A stretch of DNA of 64,000 nt, taken from Basidiobolus meristosporus CBS 931.73. Taxonomy: Eukaryota; Fungi; Basidiobolomycota. Of this stretch, positions 50,022 to 62,013 are shown piece by piece. The stretch covers positions 62,001-126,000 of the forward strand of contig MCFE01000054.1 in NCBI GenBank assembly GCA_002104905.1. Reading direction: 5' to 3'. Position 1 is the stretch's first letter, and the number at the start of each line of letters is the position of its first letter. The position numbers and the translations under genes are program-made. Below the pieces are notes generated by a model. That model saw only the letters and a list, made by a program, of their open reading frames with translations. It searched no databases and was not told where the DNA came from.

Positions 50022-51658
50022 CCTATACAAATGGCCAAGTTGTACATGGGGCATTCTAAGATAAGTGAACCCTTTGAGATACTGGAGAAATTTGAGAGAA
50101 CTGGCAAGATATTACAGAGTATCTGCTACCCTAAGTACTTCTCATGGGCTCCAATTAATATTCATACTCATATGCAACAATACAAATGCAAAGACTGGAT
50201 GAACTGGCTTTGTATTTGTTCAAGTGGTGTTCTGAAGCCATTCTTATCAAGAGTACATTGGAAGCATTGGGAGTCATATGTTAACATTGTAGGAATATTT
50301 ATCCAAAAGCGGATCACCAATGCCAACTTGATGCATCTACAGCTGTTGTGTGAGGAGTTTGTGACAGGATTTGAGCAGCTTTACTACAAACATAAAGCTG
50401 AATGTGTAAATCTCTGCCGCTACTGTAACCATTCTCTATTCCATCTTGCATGGTGTGTGGAGAATATTGGGCTTGCTTCACCTTTTGGGAGTCTCTGTTG
50501 GAGCAGATGTGAGGGGAGATAGGAAGACAAGTCAAGTTGCAGGTACTACTATATCCCAATCTCATCAAGAATATTACCTTCAAGTCTGTCATGGATGTGA
50601 TGAGTTGGTGCATAGAGGACAGCCAGAAAGGGTTAGAAAATACTGAGGACAAATATGCACATGGAGACACCTATGCCTATGACATTAAGAAGCTAAGCAG
50701 CCCCAATGCAAAGGTAATCAGTTAAGTAATGCAAAGTTGGGTTAGGTGCAACAAGCAACTAATTATTATTGGGAAAACTCTGCCAAGGTATGCCAGATTT
50801 CTCATAGTCACAAGCCAACTTCTACACCATTCAATACGGAATTTACACAAGCAAAAGCCAGAGCGCACCTATAAGGGAGACTAGAATCCAGCAGGAAGAA
50901 GGAAAATATTGGCTCAATACTGAGAAGTTCTTTGCATATATTCAGGAGGTGTTCATGGCAGAAGTGGCAATACCTAAGCATCTGTTTGCAAGATGTATAT
51001 GTTACCAGCAGTACAAGGCATATGGCAGCTTTGCAGATATCATACTAAAAAGCTGTAAAGTTGAGGTGATAGAAGTATGTCAATTGCAGCAGGTGTGTGC
51101 GTTTTTAGAGGATGGTAAGCAGGGGGCCATAGTTTTTTTTGATTTGAACTATATGTGGAATACCCAAGGTATTAGTGGGTAAGCAAATAAAGAGGGGTGA
51201 TTCTACAGTGGAATATATGAGTTGCACAAGGAGAGGTAGAAAAGGGAAATACCATTTGGTAAATTGGTACGGTAGCATTATACAGAACCATCTGTAGGCC
51301 ATCATACTGCCAATATAATGCCCTCAGAGTCTTGCTGTGAGGCCATCAAAATACTGTCTAGTTTCTTGCCATAAAAGACAATTGGATGCCCTGGCTGGTT
51401 GGATCCACTTAAATAGTTGTGGAGTGCTAAAAGACCACAACAATACCATGCAAGTATTGTCAGAGCACCAATTAATTCTTCTCAGGTTTTATCCCTCTAA
51501 TTGGTTGTAAAATTGGCAAAGACCATTGTGTTCTTGTCATAAGATTGTCAGGAGGGTCATTAATTCCAAGCTGCTGGTATCATGACAGTCTCTAGGTGGG
51601 ATCCTGCTAGCTAATCTGGATTGTATCCACCCACAGGACCAAATTATTTTTCATAAGG

Positions 51659-53307
51659 AATATTAGCTATTGTAGCCAAATGTAAGTTTTTTATTCATCA
51701 AATGGATGTAAAAACTGCATTCTTGAATAGAGAACTTGATGAGGACATGTATGTTGACCAGTCTTATGGGTTTGTGGACCAAGATAACCCCCATTTGGTC
51801 TGCAGGCTTAAAAGTCTCTATATGGTCCCAAACTATCACTAAGAGCCTGGAATTGCAAGATGGATTCTTTTTGGAATCTTTGAGTTTCCAAATGAATAAT
51901 GCTGACTATAGTACATACTATAAGCCAGATAGAGCAAATCCAGTTCTATTAGCTCTATATGTGGATGATCTTATTATAGCTGCCAATAACCTAGCAACAT
52001 TGGAAGAGACTAAATCCAGCCTATCTAAGGAGCTCAAGATGTCAAATCTAGGAGAACTCTGTAACTACTTAGGGATTAAATTCTCCATAAACAGAAGTAC
52101 CCAGACTATTACCCTAAGCCAATCCAAGTATATTCAAGATATACTAAAGAAGTACAAAATGGAAGACTGTAAACTGGCAGCTACCTCAATGGAGACAAAC
52201 CTTAACTTGGTCAAACTCAACCAAATCAAGAGAACTTGGTGCCATCTGAAAGCCCTGACTTTACTTATCACTCTAAAGCCAGCAGTCTGATGCATATCAT
52301 GCTTGGAACATGTCCAGATATCAAATATTCAGTAGGAGTTGTTAGCCAATGTAGTGACACAATGTCAGAACTATGGATCTGATCATGTTGCAGCAGTTAA
52401 GCAGATTTTTAGATACCTCAAAGGAGCTGTTGATATCTGCTTAAGATACACTTATAAGGATGCAAAACAGGATCTTGTGGAATACTCTGATGCTGATTAG
52501 GGACAAAACTTGGAAGACAGAAGATCCACTACAAGATACACCTTTCTTTACTGTAAAGGAGCAATTTCATGGAATTCAAGAAAGCAACAAACTGTAGCAC
52601 TATCTAGCTCAAAGGCAGAGTATATGGCAGCCTGTGAAGCTACAAAAGAGGCAATGTGGTTAAGAAAGCTTTTTATAGACTTAGGCCTATGTCAAATACA
52701 CCTATTACTTTATTTCAAGATAATCAAGGATGTATACAATTAGGAAGAAATCCAACTTTTCATGCTAGAACCAAGCACATATATATTAGACATTGTTTCA
52801 ATTGTGAAGCTATAGAGAGTAACTTTGTTAGCTTAGTTTACTGTCCTTCAGATGAAATGAATGCAGACATATTTACCAAACCATTAGCTAGAGTCAAGTA
52901 TGAATATCTTTGATCAAAATTAGGACTAGTCAGTATGAGCATTTAGCTGAGTGGGAGTGTTGTAAAAGTTTGTAATTCCACCTAATTATTCACCCAACTT
53001 AGTCACTTATATCATTGCCTTCAAATCCTAGAGAATACTGGCTAAATTTCTTGTTGGGATTTACTTAGATTATTTTCACCAAAATACCAGGTACCCAGAA
53101 CATGAAAATTCTCAAAGTTGTCCATACTGCCCCACACTTTGCACACATGTTCTTGGAACCTTGTGTAACCTATTCCACATGTTTGTTATACCAAGACCAT
53201 GTAAAAGTATAAATACTGCTTTTACATTCAATAAATCAGTAAGTGAAAATGACATAATCTACTTGTCCTACCATATCACTTCCAATTTCTCCAAGATTCT
53301 TACAACA
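51659..53307 (+). mobile_element. Ty1/copia family F piece 1: RT/RNase H pseudogene, PPT, 3' LTR 52958-53307
   Basis: LALYVDDLIIA, YSDAD, ARTKHI; PPT GAGTGGGAG; LTR TGTTGTAAAA...TTACAACA. Confidence 0.9.
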
Positions 53308-55692
53308 AAATATTCATTTCACACTTCTTGGCTCAAATTCTGACTGATCCCTAGATGGTTTCTTAGCATACACTTTGCACTCAAGTATTCTTGGATGATC
53401 TGCACTTGGTCTGTATCTATACCATCCCTCATGTGGAGTAAAATTACACTGTATTCTGCTAAAACTCCTACTTTTGAGATACACAGCAGTAGCAACTGAT
53501 TCTGTCTTAAAATCACAGGATAATTTTTGATCATGGATCATAGATCTTGGCATATCAGTATTGCTATATTTGCATATTCTGCCACTCCATTTTGCAGCAG
53601 GGAGTATGGTACAGTGGTTGCTTGCTTTATCCCATGAATTTTGCAGAAGTGGATGAAGAGTTTTGAGGTATACTCTTCACCATTGTCAGAGCATATTTTC
53701 TTGACTTTTTCACCAGTTTCTCTCTCCACCATGACTTTGAACTCCCTGAGCTTAGACAGAGCTTCTTTCTTTCTCTCCATGAAGTAGACCCACATGTATC
53801 ATGCGTAATAATCAATAAAAGTGAAAAAATACCTCATCCTACCTGAGGATTTATTTTACATATGTCCATTCAGATCTGAGTGAATCAGATCCAATATTCT
53901 CTTAGTTTTACTTAATCAAGAGCTCTTGAGCAGCTGTCTGGCTTGCTTACCATGTATGCAGGCTTCAAAGTGCTCTGGACTTGATGGGGATCAATTTTTA
54001 CTCCAGAAATTAGGTGATTTTTGATCATTTTTCACAAATAATCAAAATTGATGTGTCCAAATCTCTTGTGCCAAAGCATTGGTGTTTCTTCACTTAAGTT
54101 ACTTACATTGGCTTATTGATAAGATGGGATATATGTCACCTGTATAGATTCTGATCTCTGATGCCCAAAGCAACATGGGCACTATTTTTGATCAGTGATC
54201 CTGCATCCAGAATTGTCAAAACTGAAACTGAGTCCTTCTGCTGTGGCCTTGCTTACAGAGAGTAGGTTCTTGGCTATTTCTGGTACATAGAGTACTTCTT
54301 TAAAGGCCAGTGTATGGCTTCCTTCACTGCTTCTAAGGTTTACTTGGATAGTTCCTTCTCCCACTGCATCAAGTGTTCTATTGTCACCCATGAAAACCTT
54401 CTTAATTGGAATTTCTTGATATTGGGTAAAAAGTTCTTGTTGGTGTGTAAAGTGTTGAGAAGCTCCAGAGTCAATCTACCATGTCTGAGAATCCTTGTTT
54501 GTGGTCATATTTAGTGCAGATATGAATAGTCTATCTTCAGTTGTTGCAGCATTTCCATATTCAGGCTTCTTTTGCTGATAATCTCTCTGTTTGAGACACC
54601 AGTCTGCTGTGTGTCCTTTCCTTTTGCAGTGGTTGCAAATCAGGTTACTGTTGCCTTTGTAGGGTCTTAGATACCTCCTTTGTTGGTTAGCATTGCTTAT
54701 TAAAGCATTTTCTTCTTCCTTCTAATTGGCACTTGATTCTCTTAATTCTTCATCCAGGAGCCTTCCATATACATAATTTAAGGTCAAATCTTGAGTTCTG
54801 GACTCTAGGGCTGATACAAGGCCCTGAAACCTGTCTGTCAGGCTATTCAGGATTGTGACTATCACATCCTCATCAGTAGTTGATACGCCCACAGATTCCA
54901 TCTCATCTACTAGCAGTGTAATTCTGTTAATTAGATTCTTCATTTCTTCTTCTGGCAGCATCTTGGTAGTAAAGAATTTTTGGCCCAGATACGTTTTCTT
55001 AGCCGCTGAACATGACTGGTAGGTGTCTTCTAATGTATTCCAGGCATTCTTTGCTGTTTTTGCTCTTGAATATTGAATCAGCAACTTGTCTTTAACATTA
55101 AGGCATATGCAGTTAAAGGCACTTGGTTCTTTCTTCTGGTACTTTAAGGCCTCCTCTCCCACATTTTTAGGAGGGCATTCTTCTCCCATGACAATATCCC
55201 AAAGGCCTCTTTCTTGTAGCAGCATCTTCATCTTCACCTTCCACACTTGTTTGTTAGATCCATCCAACTTTTCAGCAGAGGGAAAAATTCCAGTAATAGC
55301 AGTAGTAGACATTGCAGAGAGTGACAGCTTGGGGCTCATAGCTTGTTGTAAGAGTCTTGGAGATAATGGAAGTGATTGGGAGGACAAGTAGATTATGTGG
55401 TTTTCACTTAATGATTTATTGAATGTAAAAGTAGTATTTATACTTTTACCTGGTCTTGGCACTACAAACACGTAGAATAGGTTGAGGAAGGTCCCAAGAA
55501 CATGTGAGCAAAGTTTGGAGCTGTTTGGACAACTTAGAATATTTTCACCAAAATGCCAGGTACCCAGAACATGAAAATTCTCAAAGTAAATCCTGACAAG
55601 GAATTTGGTCAGTATTCTCTAGGATCTGAAGGTAGTGATTTAAGTGACTAAGTTAGGTGAATATTTAGGTGGAAATACAAATTTTTACAACA
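53308..55692 (-). mobile_element. Ty1/copia family F piece 2: 5' LTR 55344-55692, PBS, gag-protease-partial integrase
   Basis: gag EKLDGSNKQVWKVKMKMLL, ILNSLTDRF; knuckle CNHCKRKGHT; integrase SDNGEEY. Confidence 0.9.
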
Positions 55693-58651
55693 CTGTGAAG
55701 CCTGCATATATGGGAAACAAGCCAGACAACTGTTCAAGAGCTCTGGGTTAATCAAAACTAAGAAAAAATTAGATCTAATTCACTCAGATCTGTGTGGACC
55801 TATGCAAAATTTATCCTTAGGCAGGGTGAAGTATTTAATCACTTTTATTGATGATTATACAAGATACACATGGGTCTACTGCATGGAGAGAAAGGAAGAA
55901 GCTCAGTCTAAGTTCAGGGAGTTTAAAGCCATGGTGGAGAGAGTAACTGGTGAAAAAATCAAGAAAATATGCTCTGACAATGGTGGAGAATATACCTCAA
56001 AACTCTTCATCCACTGATGCAAAATTCATGGGATAAAGCAAGAGACTACTGTACCATACTCCCCACAGCAAAATGAAGTAGCAGAACGTGCTAACAGATC
56101 AACAATTGATATGGCAAGATCTATGATCCATGATCAAAAATTATCCTATGATTTTTGGGCAGAATCAGCTGGCACTGCTGTACACCTTAAAAATAGGAGT
56201 TATAACAGAATACTTTGTGATTCCACTCCATTTGAAGCATGGTATGGATATAGACCAAGTGCAGAACATCTAAGAATATTTGGGTGTACAGCATATGCCA
56301 AAAAATGGCTGGAAATCAGTCAAAATTTGAGCCAAAAAGTGTAAAATGCATATTTTTGGGCTACTGCAATGAGAGTAAAGCATACAGACTCTACAATACC
56401 AAAGCAAGGAAGCTGAGCAAGTCCAGGGATGTGTTGTTTGATGAGAATTCAGAATTTTCACAAAAAATGACATCAGATGATGACAAACTTGATCTCAAGT
56501 CCACCAATTGTCAGGACTGAATCAGAGCAAAACAATGAAAATTTTTTCACTCCAGAGTACTCTATAGCCATGGTTCAGCCAGAATCAGTGCTTAGGAATA
56601 TCCCAGAAGTGATCATTCCAGTATCAAATGCCTGGAGATCCAATTGGACAAGAAATAGCCCAAATTATTATATCAATAAGGGTACAAACTTGGCCTATGC
56701 CTATTCAGTCCATATTGATGAACCCCAGACTGTAAAAGAGGCCCTAAAAAGCCCTCAGACAAAGGGTTGGAGATCTGCAATGACTGAGGAATATCAAGCC
56801 CTAATGGAAAATCAAACTTGGGACTTAGTCATATTACCAATCAACTAAAAATCAATTGGATGCATATGGGTCTTCAAGACAAAATACAAGGCTGATGGTA
56901 CAATTGAAAGATACAAAGCAAGACTAGTAGCCAAAGGATACACTCAGACAAAAGGACTTGACTATACTGCAACCTTTGCACCAGTAGCCAAGTTTAATTC
57001 CATCAGATTAATATTGGCTATTACAGCCAAATATACGTTTTTTATTCATCAAATGGATGTAAAAGCTGCATTTTTGAATGGAGAACTTGATGAGGACATG
57101 TATATGGACCAGCCTGATGGGTTTGTTGACCAAGATAGCCCCCATTTGGTCTGCAAGCCTAAAAAGTCACTATATGGTCTCAAACAATCACCAAGAGCCT
57201 GGAATTGCAAGATAGATTCTTATTTGGAATCTTTGAGTTTCAAAAGGAGTAATGCTGACTATAGTATATACTTTAAGCCAGATAGAGCCAATTCAGTTCT
57301 ATTAGCTCTATAGGTGGATGATCTTATTATAGCCGCCAATAACCTAGAAATATTGGAAGAGACAAAATCCAGCCTATCTAAGGAGTTCAAGATGTCTGAT
57401 CTAGGAGAACTTAGTTACTACTTAGGGATAAAGTTCTCCATAGACAGAAGTACCCAGACTATTACCCTAAGCCAATCCAAGTATATTCAAGATATACTAA
57501 AGAAGCACAAAATGAAAGACTGTAAACCAGCAGCTACCCCAATGGAGACAAACTTTAACTTGGTCAAAACTCAACCAAATCAAGAGAACTTGGTGCCAAC
57601 TGAAAGCCCTGACTTTCCTTATCAATCTATAGCCGGCAGTCTGATGTATATCATGCTTGGAACACGTCCAGATATCTCATATTCAGTTGGAGCTGTCAGC
57701 CAACATAATCAGAACTATGGATCTGATCATATTGCAGCAGTTAAGCGGATTTTTAGATACCTAAAAGGAACTGCTGATATCTGCTAAAGATACACTTATA
57801 AGGATTCAGAACAGGATCTTGTGGGATACTCTGATGCTGATTGGGGACAAAATTTGGAAGACAGAAGATCCACCACAGGATACATCTTTCTTTACTGTAA
57901 AGGAGCAATTTCATGGAATTCAAGAAAGCAACCAACTGTAGGACTTTCTACCACAGGGGCAGAGTACATGACAGCCTGTGAAGCTACAAAAGAGGCAATG
58001 TGGTTAAGAAAGCTTTTTACAGATTTAGGCCTATGTCAAAAAATGCCTATTACTTTATTTCAAGATAATCAAGCATGTATACAATTAGGAAGAAATCCAA
58101 CTTTTCATGCTAGAACCAAGCACATAGATATTAGATATCATTTCATACGTGAAGCTATAGAGAATAACTTAGTTAGCTTAGTTTACTGTCCTACAAATGA
58201 AATGATTGCAGACATATTTACCATACCATTAGCTAGAGACAAGTTTGAATATCTTAGGTCAAAATTAGGACTAGTCAGTATGGACATTTAGCTGAGTGGG
58301 AGTGTTGTAAAAATTTGTATTTCCACCTAAATATTCACCTAACTTAGTCACTTAGATCATTACCTTCAAATCCTAGAGAATACTGACCAAATTCCTTGTC
58401 GGGATTTACTTAGAATATTTTCACTAAAATACCAGGTACCCAGAACATGAAAATTCTCAAAGTTGTCCAAACAGCCCCAAACTTTGCACACATGTTCTTG
58501 GGACCTTCCTTGACCTATTCTATGTGTTTGTAATGCAAAGACCAGGTAAAAGTATAAATACTACTTTTACATTCAATAAATCATTAAGTGAAAACCACAT
58601 AATCTACTTGTTCTCCCAATCATCTCCAATATCTCCAAGACTTTTACAACA
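55693..58651 (+). mobile_element. Ty1/copia family F piece 3: integrase, RT, RNase H (few disruptions), 3' LTR 58303-58651
   Basis: CEACIYGKQ, FIDDYTRYTW, SDNGGEY, QMDVKAAFLNG, YSDADWG, HIDIRYHFIRE; LTR with perfect 10-bp TIR TGTTGTAAAA/TTTTACAACA. Confidence 0.92.
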
Positions 58652-59524
58652 CCATATGCATAATTTAAGGTCAAGCCTTCAGTTCTGAGCTCCTGGGCTG
58701 ATACAAGACAGTTGGTATGCCCACAGATTCCATCTCATTAACTTGCAGGGTAATTCTGCTAATTACATTTTTCATTTCTTTGTCTGGTAGCATCTTTGTA
58801 GTAAGAAATTCTTGTCTAAGATACATTTCTGTAGCAGCTGAACATGACTGGTAGGTGTCTTCAAATGCCTTCCAGGCATTCTTTGCCACTTTTGCTCTTG
58901 AACATTGGGTTAGCAGTTTGTCTTTAACATAATAGCAAATGCAGTTAAAGATGCTTTGTTCTTTCTTCTGGTACTTTAAGGCTTCCTCTCCTATGTTTTT
59001 AGGAGGGCATTCTTCTTCCATAACAATATCCCAAAGGCCACTTTCCTGTAGCATCAACTACATCTTCACCTTCCACACTTGGTGTAAAGATACATCTAAC
59101 TTTTCAGCAGAGGGAAAGATCCCAGTAATAGCAGTAGTAGACATTGCAGAGAGTGACAGCTTGGGGCTCATAGCCTGTGGTAAGTGCCTTGGAGATATTG
59201 GAAGTGACTGGGAGAGCAAGTAGATTAAGTGGTTTTCACTTGGTGATTTAATGAATGTTAAAGTTGTATTAATACTTTTACAAAGTCCTGGCATAGCAAA
59301 CAGGTAAAGTATATTTAGCAAAGTCTCAAAAGCATGTGTGTAAAGTTTGGGGCTGTCTGGACAACTTTCATAATTTTCATGTTCTGGGTACCTGATATTT
59401 TGGTGAAGATATTCTAAGTAAATCCCAATTAAGAATTTGGTCAGTATTCTATAAGATTTGTAGGTAATGATCTAGGTGACTAAGTTGGGCAAATATTTAG
59501 GTGGAATTATGAACTTTTAAAACA
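58652..59524 (-). mobile_element. Ty1/copia family F piece 4: gag 5' part, PBS GGCTATGAGCCCC, 5' LTR 59176-59524
   Basis: Homologous to 54757-55692, with a small internal deletion. Confidence 0.88.
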
Positions 59525-59815
59525 TCATTAAATGTAAAGTAGTATACATACTTTAAGTAGTATACATACTTTTACAGGGTCATGCCAAGACAATCATGTA
59601 AAATATGTTTAAGAAGGTTCCAAGAACATATGTGCAATGTTGGGTACAGTTTGGATAACTCTATGATTTCTAATGTTCTGCATACATGATAGTTTGGTGA
59701 AAGGATTCTATGTATATCCCAACCAGGAATTTGGCCATAATGCTCTAAGGTTTGTAGACTATAATCTAAGTGACTAAGCTATGTGAACATTTAGGTGGAT
59801 TACAGAGTTTACACT
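59525..59815 (-). repeat. Older diverged LTR-F relic containing an 18-bp tandem duplication
   Basis: Colinear with the LTR-F 5' two thirds; aagtagtatacatacttt x2 near 59537-59572. Confidence 0.65.
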
Positions 59816-60252
59816 AATGAATACTTAATTTATTGCAAGTGTTCCAAATTTTGTATTCTTACCAAAATATTTACATTGACTTGGTCCTTCAACTTCAATA
59901 GTCCCAAACTGAATTCCCTGTCAGGATTTCCTTGGAATCATTTTCATCAGATTTTCTGATATCTAGAATATAACCCTTCTCCAACATGACCAAAGGACCA
60001 ATCTTAAAGAACAGAAATCCAGAAGGTATATGGGAATACATACAATACTACACCAATGGCCAAGTTCTTACCCAAAGCTAGGTTACAGTAAGCATCCAAA
60101 TGGTTATGCCAATTGAAACACAAATTTCCAAACTTGCAAATGCCAGGTGAAAATTTTTGGCACCATTCTTTGGCTTCTGACTGGTGTGCATCCAACTATG
60201 CCAACAGGAAACATTGGGGAAAATATTTGTTCAAGCTGCGTAGAATAGACCA

Positions 60253-60273
60253 CCCTCCCTCCCCCCCCCCCCC
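60253..60273. repeat. (CCCT)2 plus C13 tract at the TE/gene boundary
   Basis: ccctccctccccccccccccc; CpG-rich DNA starts immediately after. Confidence 0.9.
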
Positions 60274-60462
60274 TCGTATATTATGTGAATAGTGGTTTAA
60301 CCTTGCGTTTCGCTTTATATCATTCTATTAGCAATCCGATGTCAGGATCACCAGAGTAGAGTGTGTTTTACACAAATAGTTGGGTGCAAAGTACATTTAC
60401 TGAATACTGATAACAATACATCGCTAACCATGACATTGGCTAATGGTGACACTCGATAGGAT

Positions 60463-62013
60463 TTACGTCTGGCCTTGACCCATCATAATTTGTGCTTTCT
60501 AGAAACATCATCAAATATATTAGTTCGGACATGATTCAACTCTACGGAAGGTAAAACACGTACAAGTTGCAAGATATGCTGGCGTTGTTCCGGTGGCAGA
60601 GAGTCAATCTGCTGTGGAGTAAGATTGAGAAGCTGCATAAGAAGGACCTATGAACCGATGAGTGAATATTCGTTAGCTGCGGCTAGGGGAAAAAAGACGA
60701 AGGTGGCGTAGAGCGCATACCCTTTGCTGCTCTTGAAGATGATCACCTACACGGATATGTTGGATTAGTATGATATGTCTACAAGCGAATTGGCTATTTC
60801 TTACTCATTGCAGGATTGGCATTCCCTCCGATAGCGCCAGGAATGCCGGTAGAAGTGCTAGATGGAGGGGGAGCTTTTGACGGTACGGGTAGAGAAGTAT
60901 TGTCCGCTGGTCCAGGAAAAGCCGGCGCCACCGGAGTAGGGACGTTAGTAGCTTGTCCTGGCAACTGATTGAGTAGTCGCTAGGAAGAGATAAGTACGAC
61001 ATACAAAGAACATTATGTGGAGATCATAGAGCTACCTGTAAGACATGGTGGTCCACCAAGTTCATGGCAACCATGGCTTGGAAAATCCCATATGCCAACT
61101 GGGGGTTCTTTGTCAAGACACTTCTGGCTTGTTCTGGGCTCTGTTGTGCGAAAGACTGCATATGAATGGGATTAAGTCGAAGTAAATAGTAAAGACATGT
61201 ATCATCGCATGTCACCTTCATCTGACTCATAAGCTCTGCCAGCTGGTTGGTGTTCATGTTGGAGATTGTGTTGGAAACCGATTCGGTAGAGGGAACACTT
61301 TGTGAAGCAGATAATCTGGGCTGGTTGAAAACAAGCATGAGGGGGGTCATCTACCAAGTTGTCAACCCGAACGTCTGGAAACTTTACATCGTTACTATTA
61401 TGAAAACCGTCTCCGTCACGACCAGCCGCATTGCTGGTGGCATCGTTTTCGGTGTAATCTACACGAAGCTGACGACCGCCAACGTCATAGTTGTTAAGTA
61501 TTGAGCAAAAAAATGTTGGTAGGAAACAAGCAGTTCCTCCGTTACGCCATAACTTCCAAACACAACCGTTCATGCCCAGAGTGGTTGCTGGAGTTCTCGG
61601 TCAAACAAAGACAAACGAAGAAAGATGGAACTCATATATCAAGAAGCAAAAATAGTGGACAGAGCGATTTTGTTTGACCTATGATTTCTAACGGCGCTAC
61701 TGGCAGTCTCCGCGTCGAGGAACTCGCAGAAACCGTACCCCTTAGGTCTACCGGTCTCTCGATCAAAGACCAAACTACAAAACCAAACGTGCTTGGTTAG
61801 CCTGTGATCACCACGATAAACCAGGACGAAACTGAATCTACCGAAAGGAAACCACCGGACCAACTTCCTTGAAGATGTCGATCAACTGCTCCTCGGTTAG
61901 TTCGTATGGAATGTTCCCCACTAGATAACGGGTGAGACGAATGGAGCTTTACAAGTGCGCAAACATCTAAAGTATATACCGAACACTGCGCGAGGATTTT
62001 TCACTTGACTCAT
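60463..62013 (-). CDS. RNA15: Cleavage stimulation factor 64-kDa subunit / RNA15 homologue, 10 exons (~286-291 aa): 62013-61980, 61920-61842, 61774-61683, 61497-61373 (or 61388), 61320-61216, 61155-61036, 60979-60805, 60746-60721, 60647-60564, 60498-60463
   Basis: [50 protein letters not shown]...[18 protein letters not shown]; hinge [13 protein letters not shown]...[23 protein letters not shown]; C-terminal [23 protein letters not shown]; all phases consistent; eight GT-AG introns of about 52-73 nt plus one AT-AC intron. Confidence 0.93.
61498..61682 (-). other. Non-canonical AT-AC intron (intron 3 of RNA15), 185 nt
   Basis: AGA AAT C|ATAGGTCAAAC...TTTTTTTGCTCAATAC|TT AAC AAC restores the conserved VRNLNNYD. 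Confidence 0.75.

Larger units (their letters stand above)
45584..51658 (+). mobile_element. CMC/EnSpm copy C5 (transposase from mid-gene to right terminus) carrying nested P2, LTR-B and LTR-A
   Basis: GPKSQSNLDSYLYPSLDEL (Tnp2 family); ends TTATTTTTCATAAGG, joined to copia RT. Confidence 0.82.

Noticed and set aside
246-60195. The many 60-120 aa ORFs antisense to or overlapping TE genes as novel proteins
   Set aside because: They are shadow frames or stop-bounded fragments of gag, pol and transposase; many start at TTG/GTG; recurrence reflects repeat copies.
59820-60230. Coding remnant next to the boundary
   Set aside because: All frames have stops and no recognisable motif; left unassigned.
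61590-61678. GT-AG intron from AG|GTCAAA to CGAG|, or a nested twin intron
   Set aside because: The only in-frame AG would insert ~34 residues into the RRM; removing an internal GT-AG intron does not create a valid external donor.
61498-61682. Standard U12 minor-spliceosome intron
   Set aside because: Donor is ATAGGTCA, not RTATCCTT; TTCCTACCAAC only loosely resembles the U12 branch point. Kept open only as a possible ancestral state.
61024-61863. ORF-track entries 61024-61350, 61202-61573, 61247-61504 and 61639-61863 as separate genes
   Set aside because: They are RNA15 exons read into introns, or antisense shadows.
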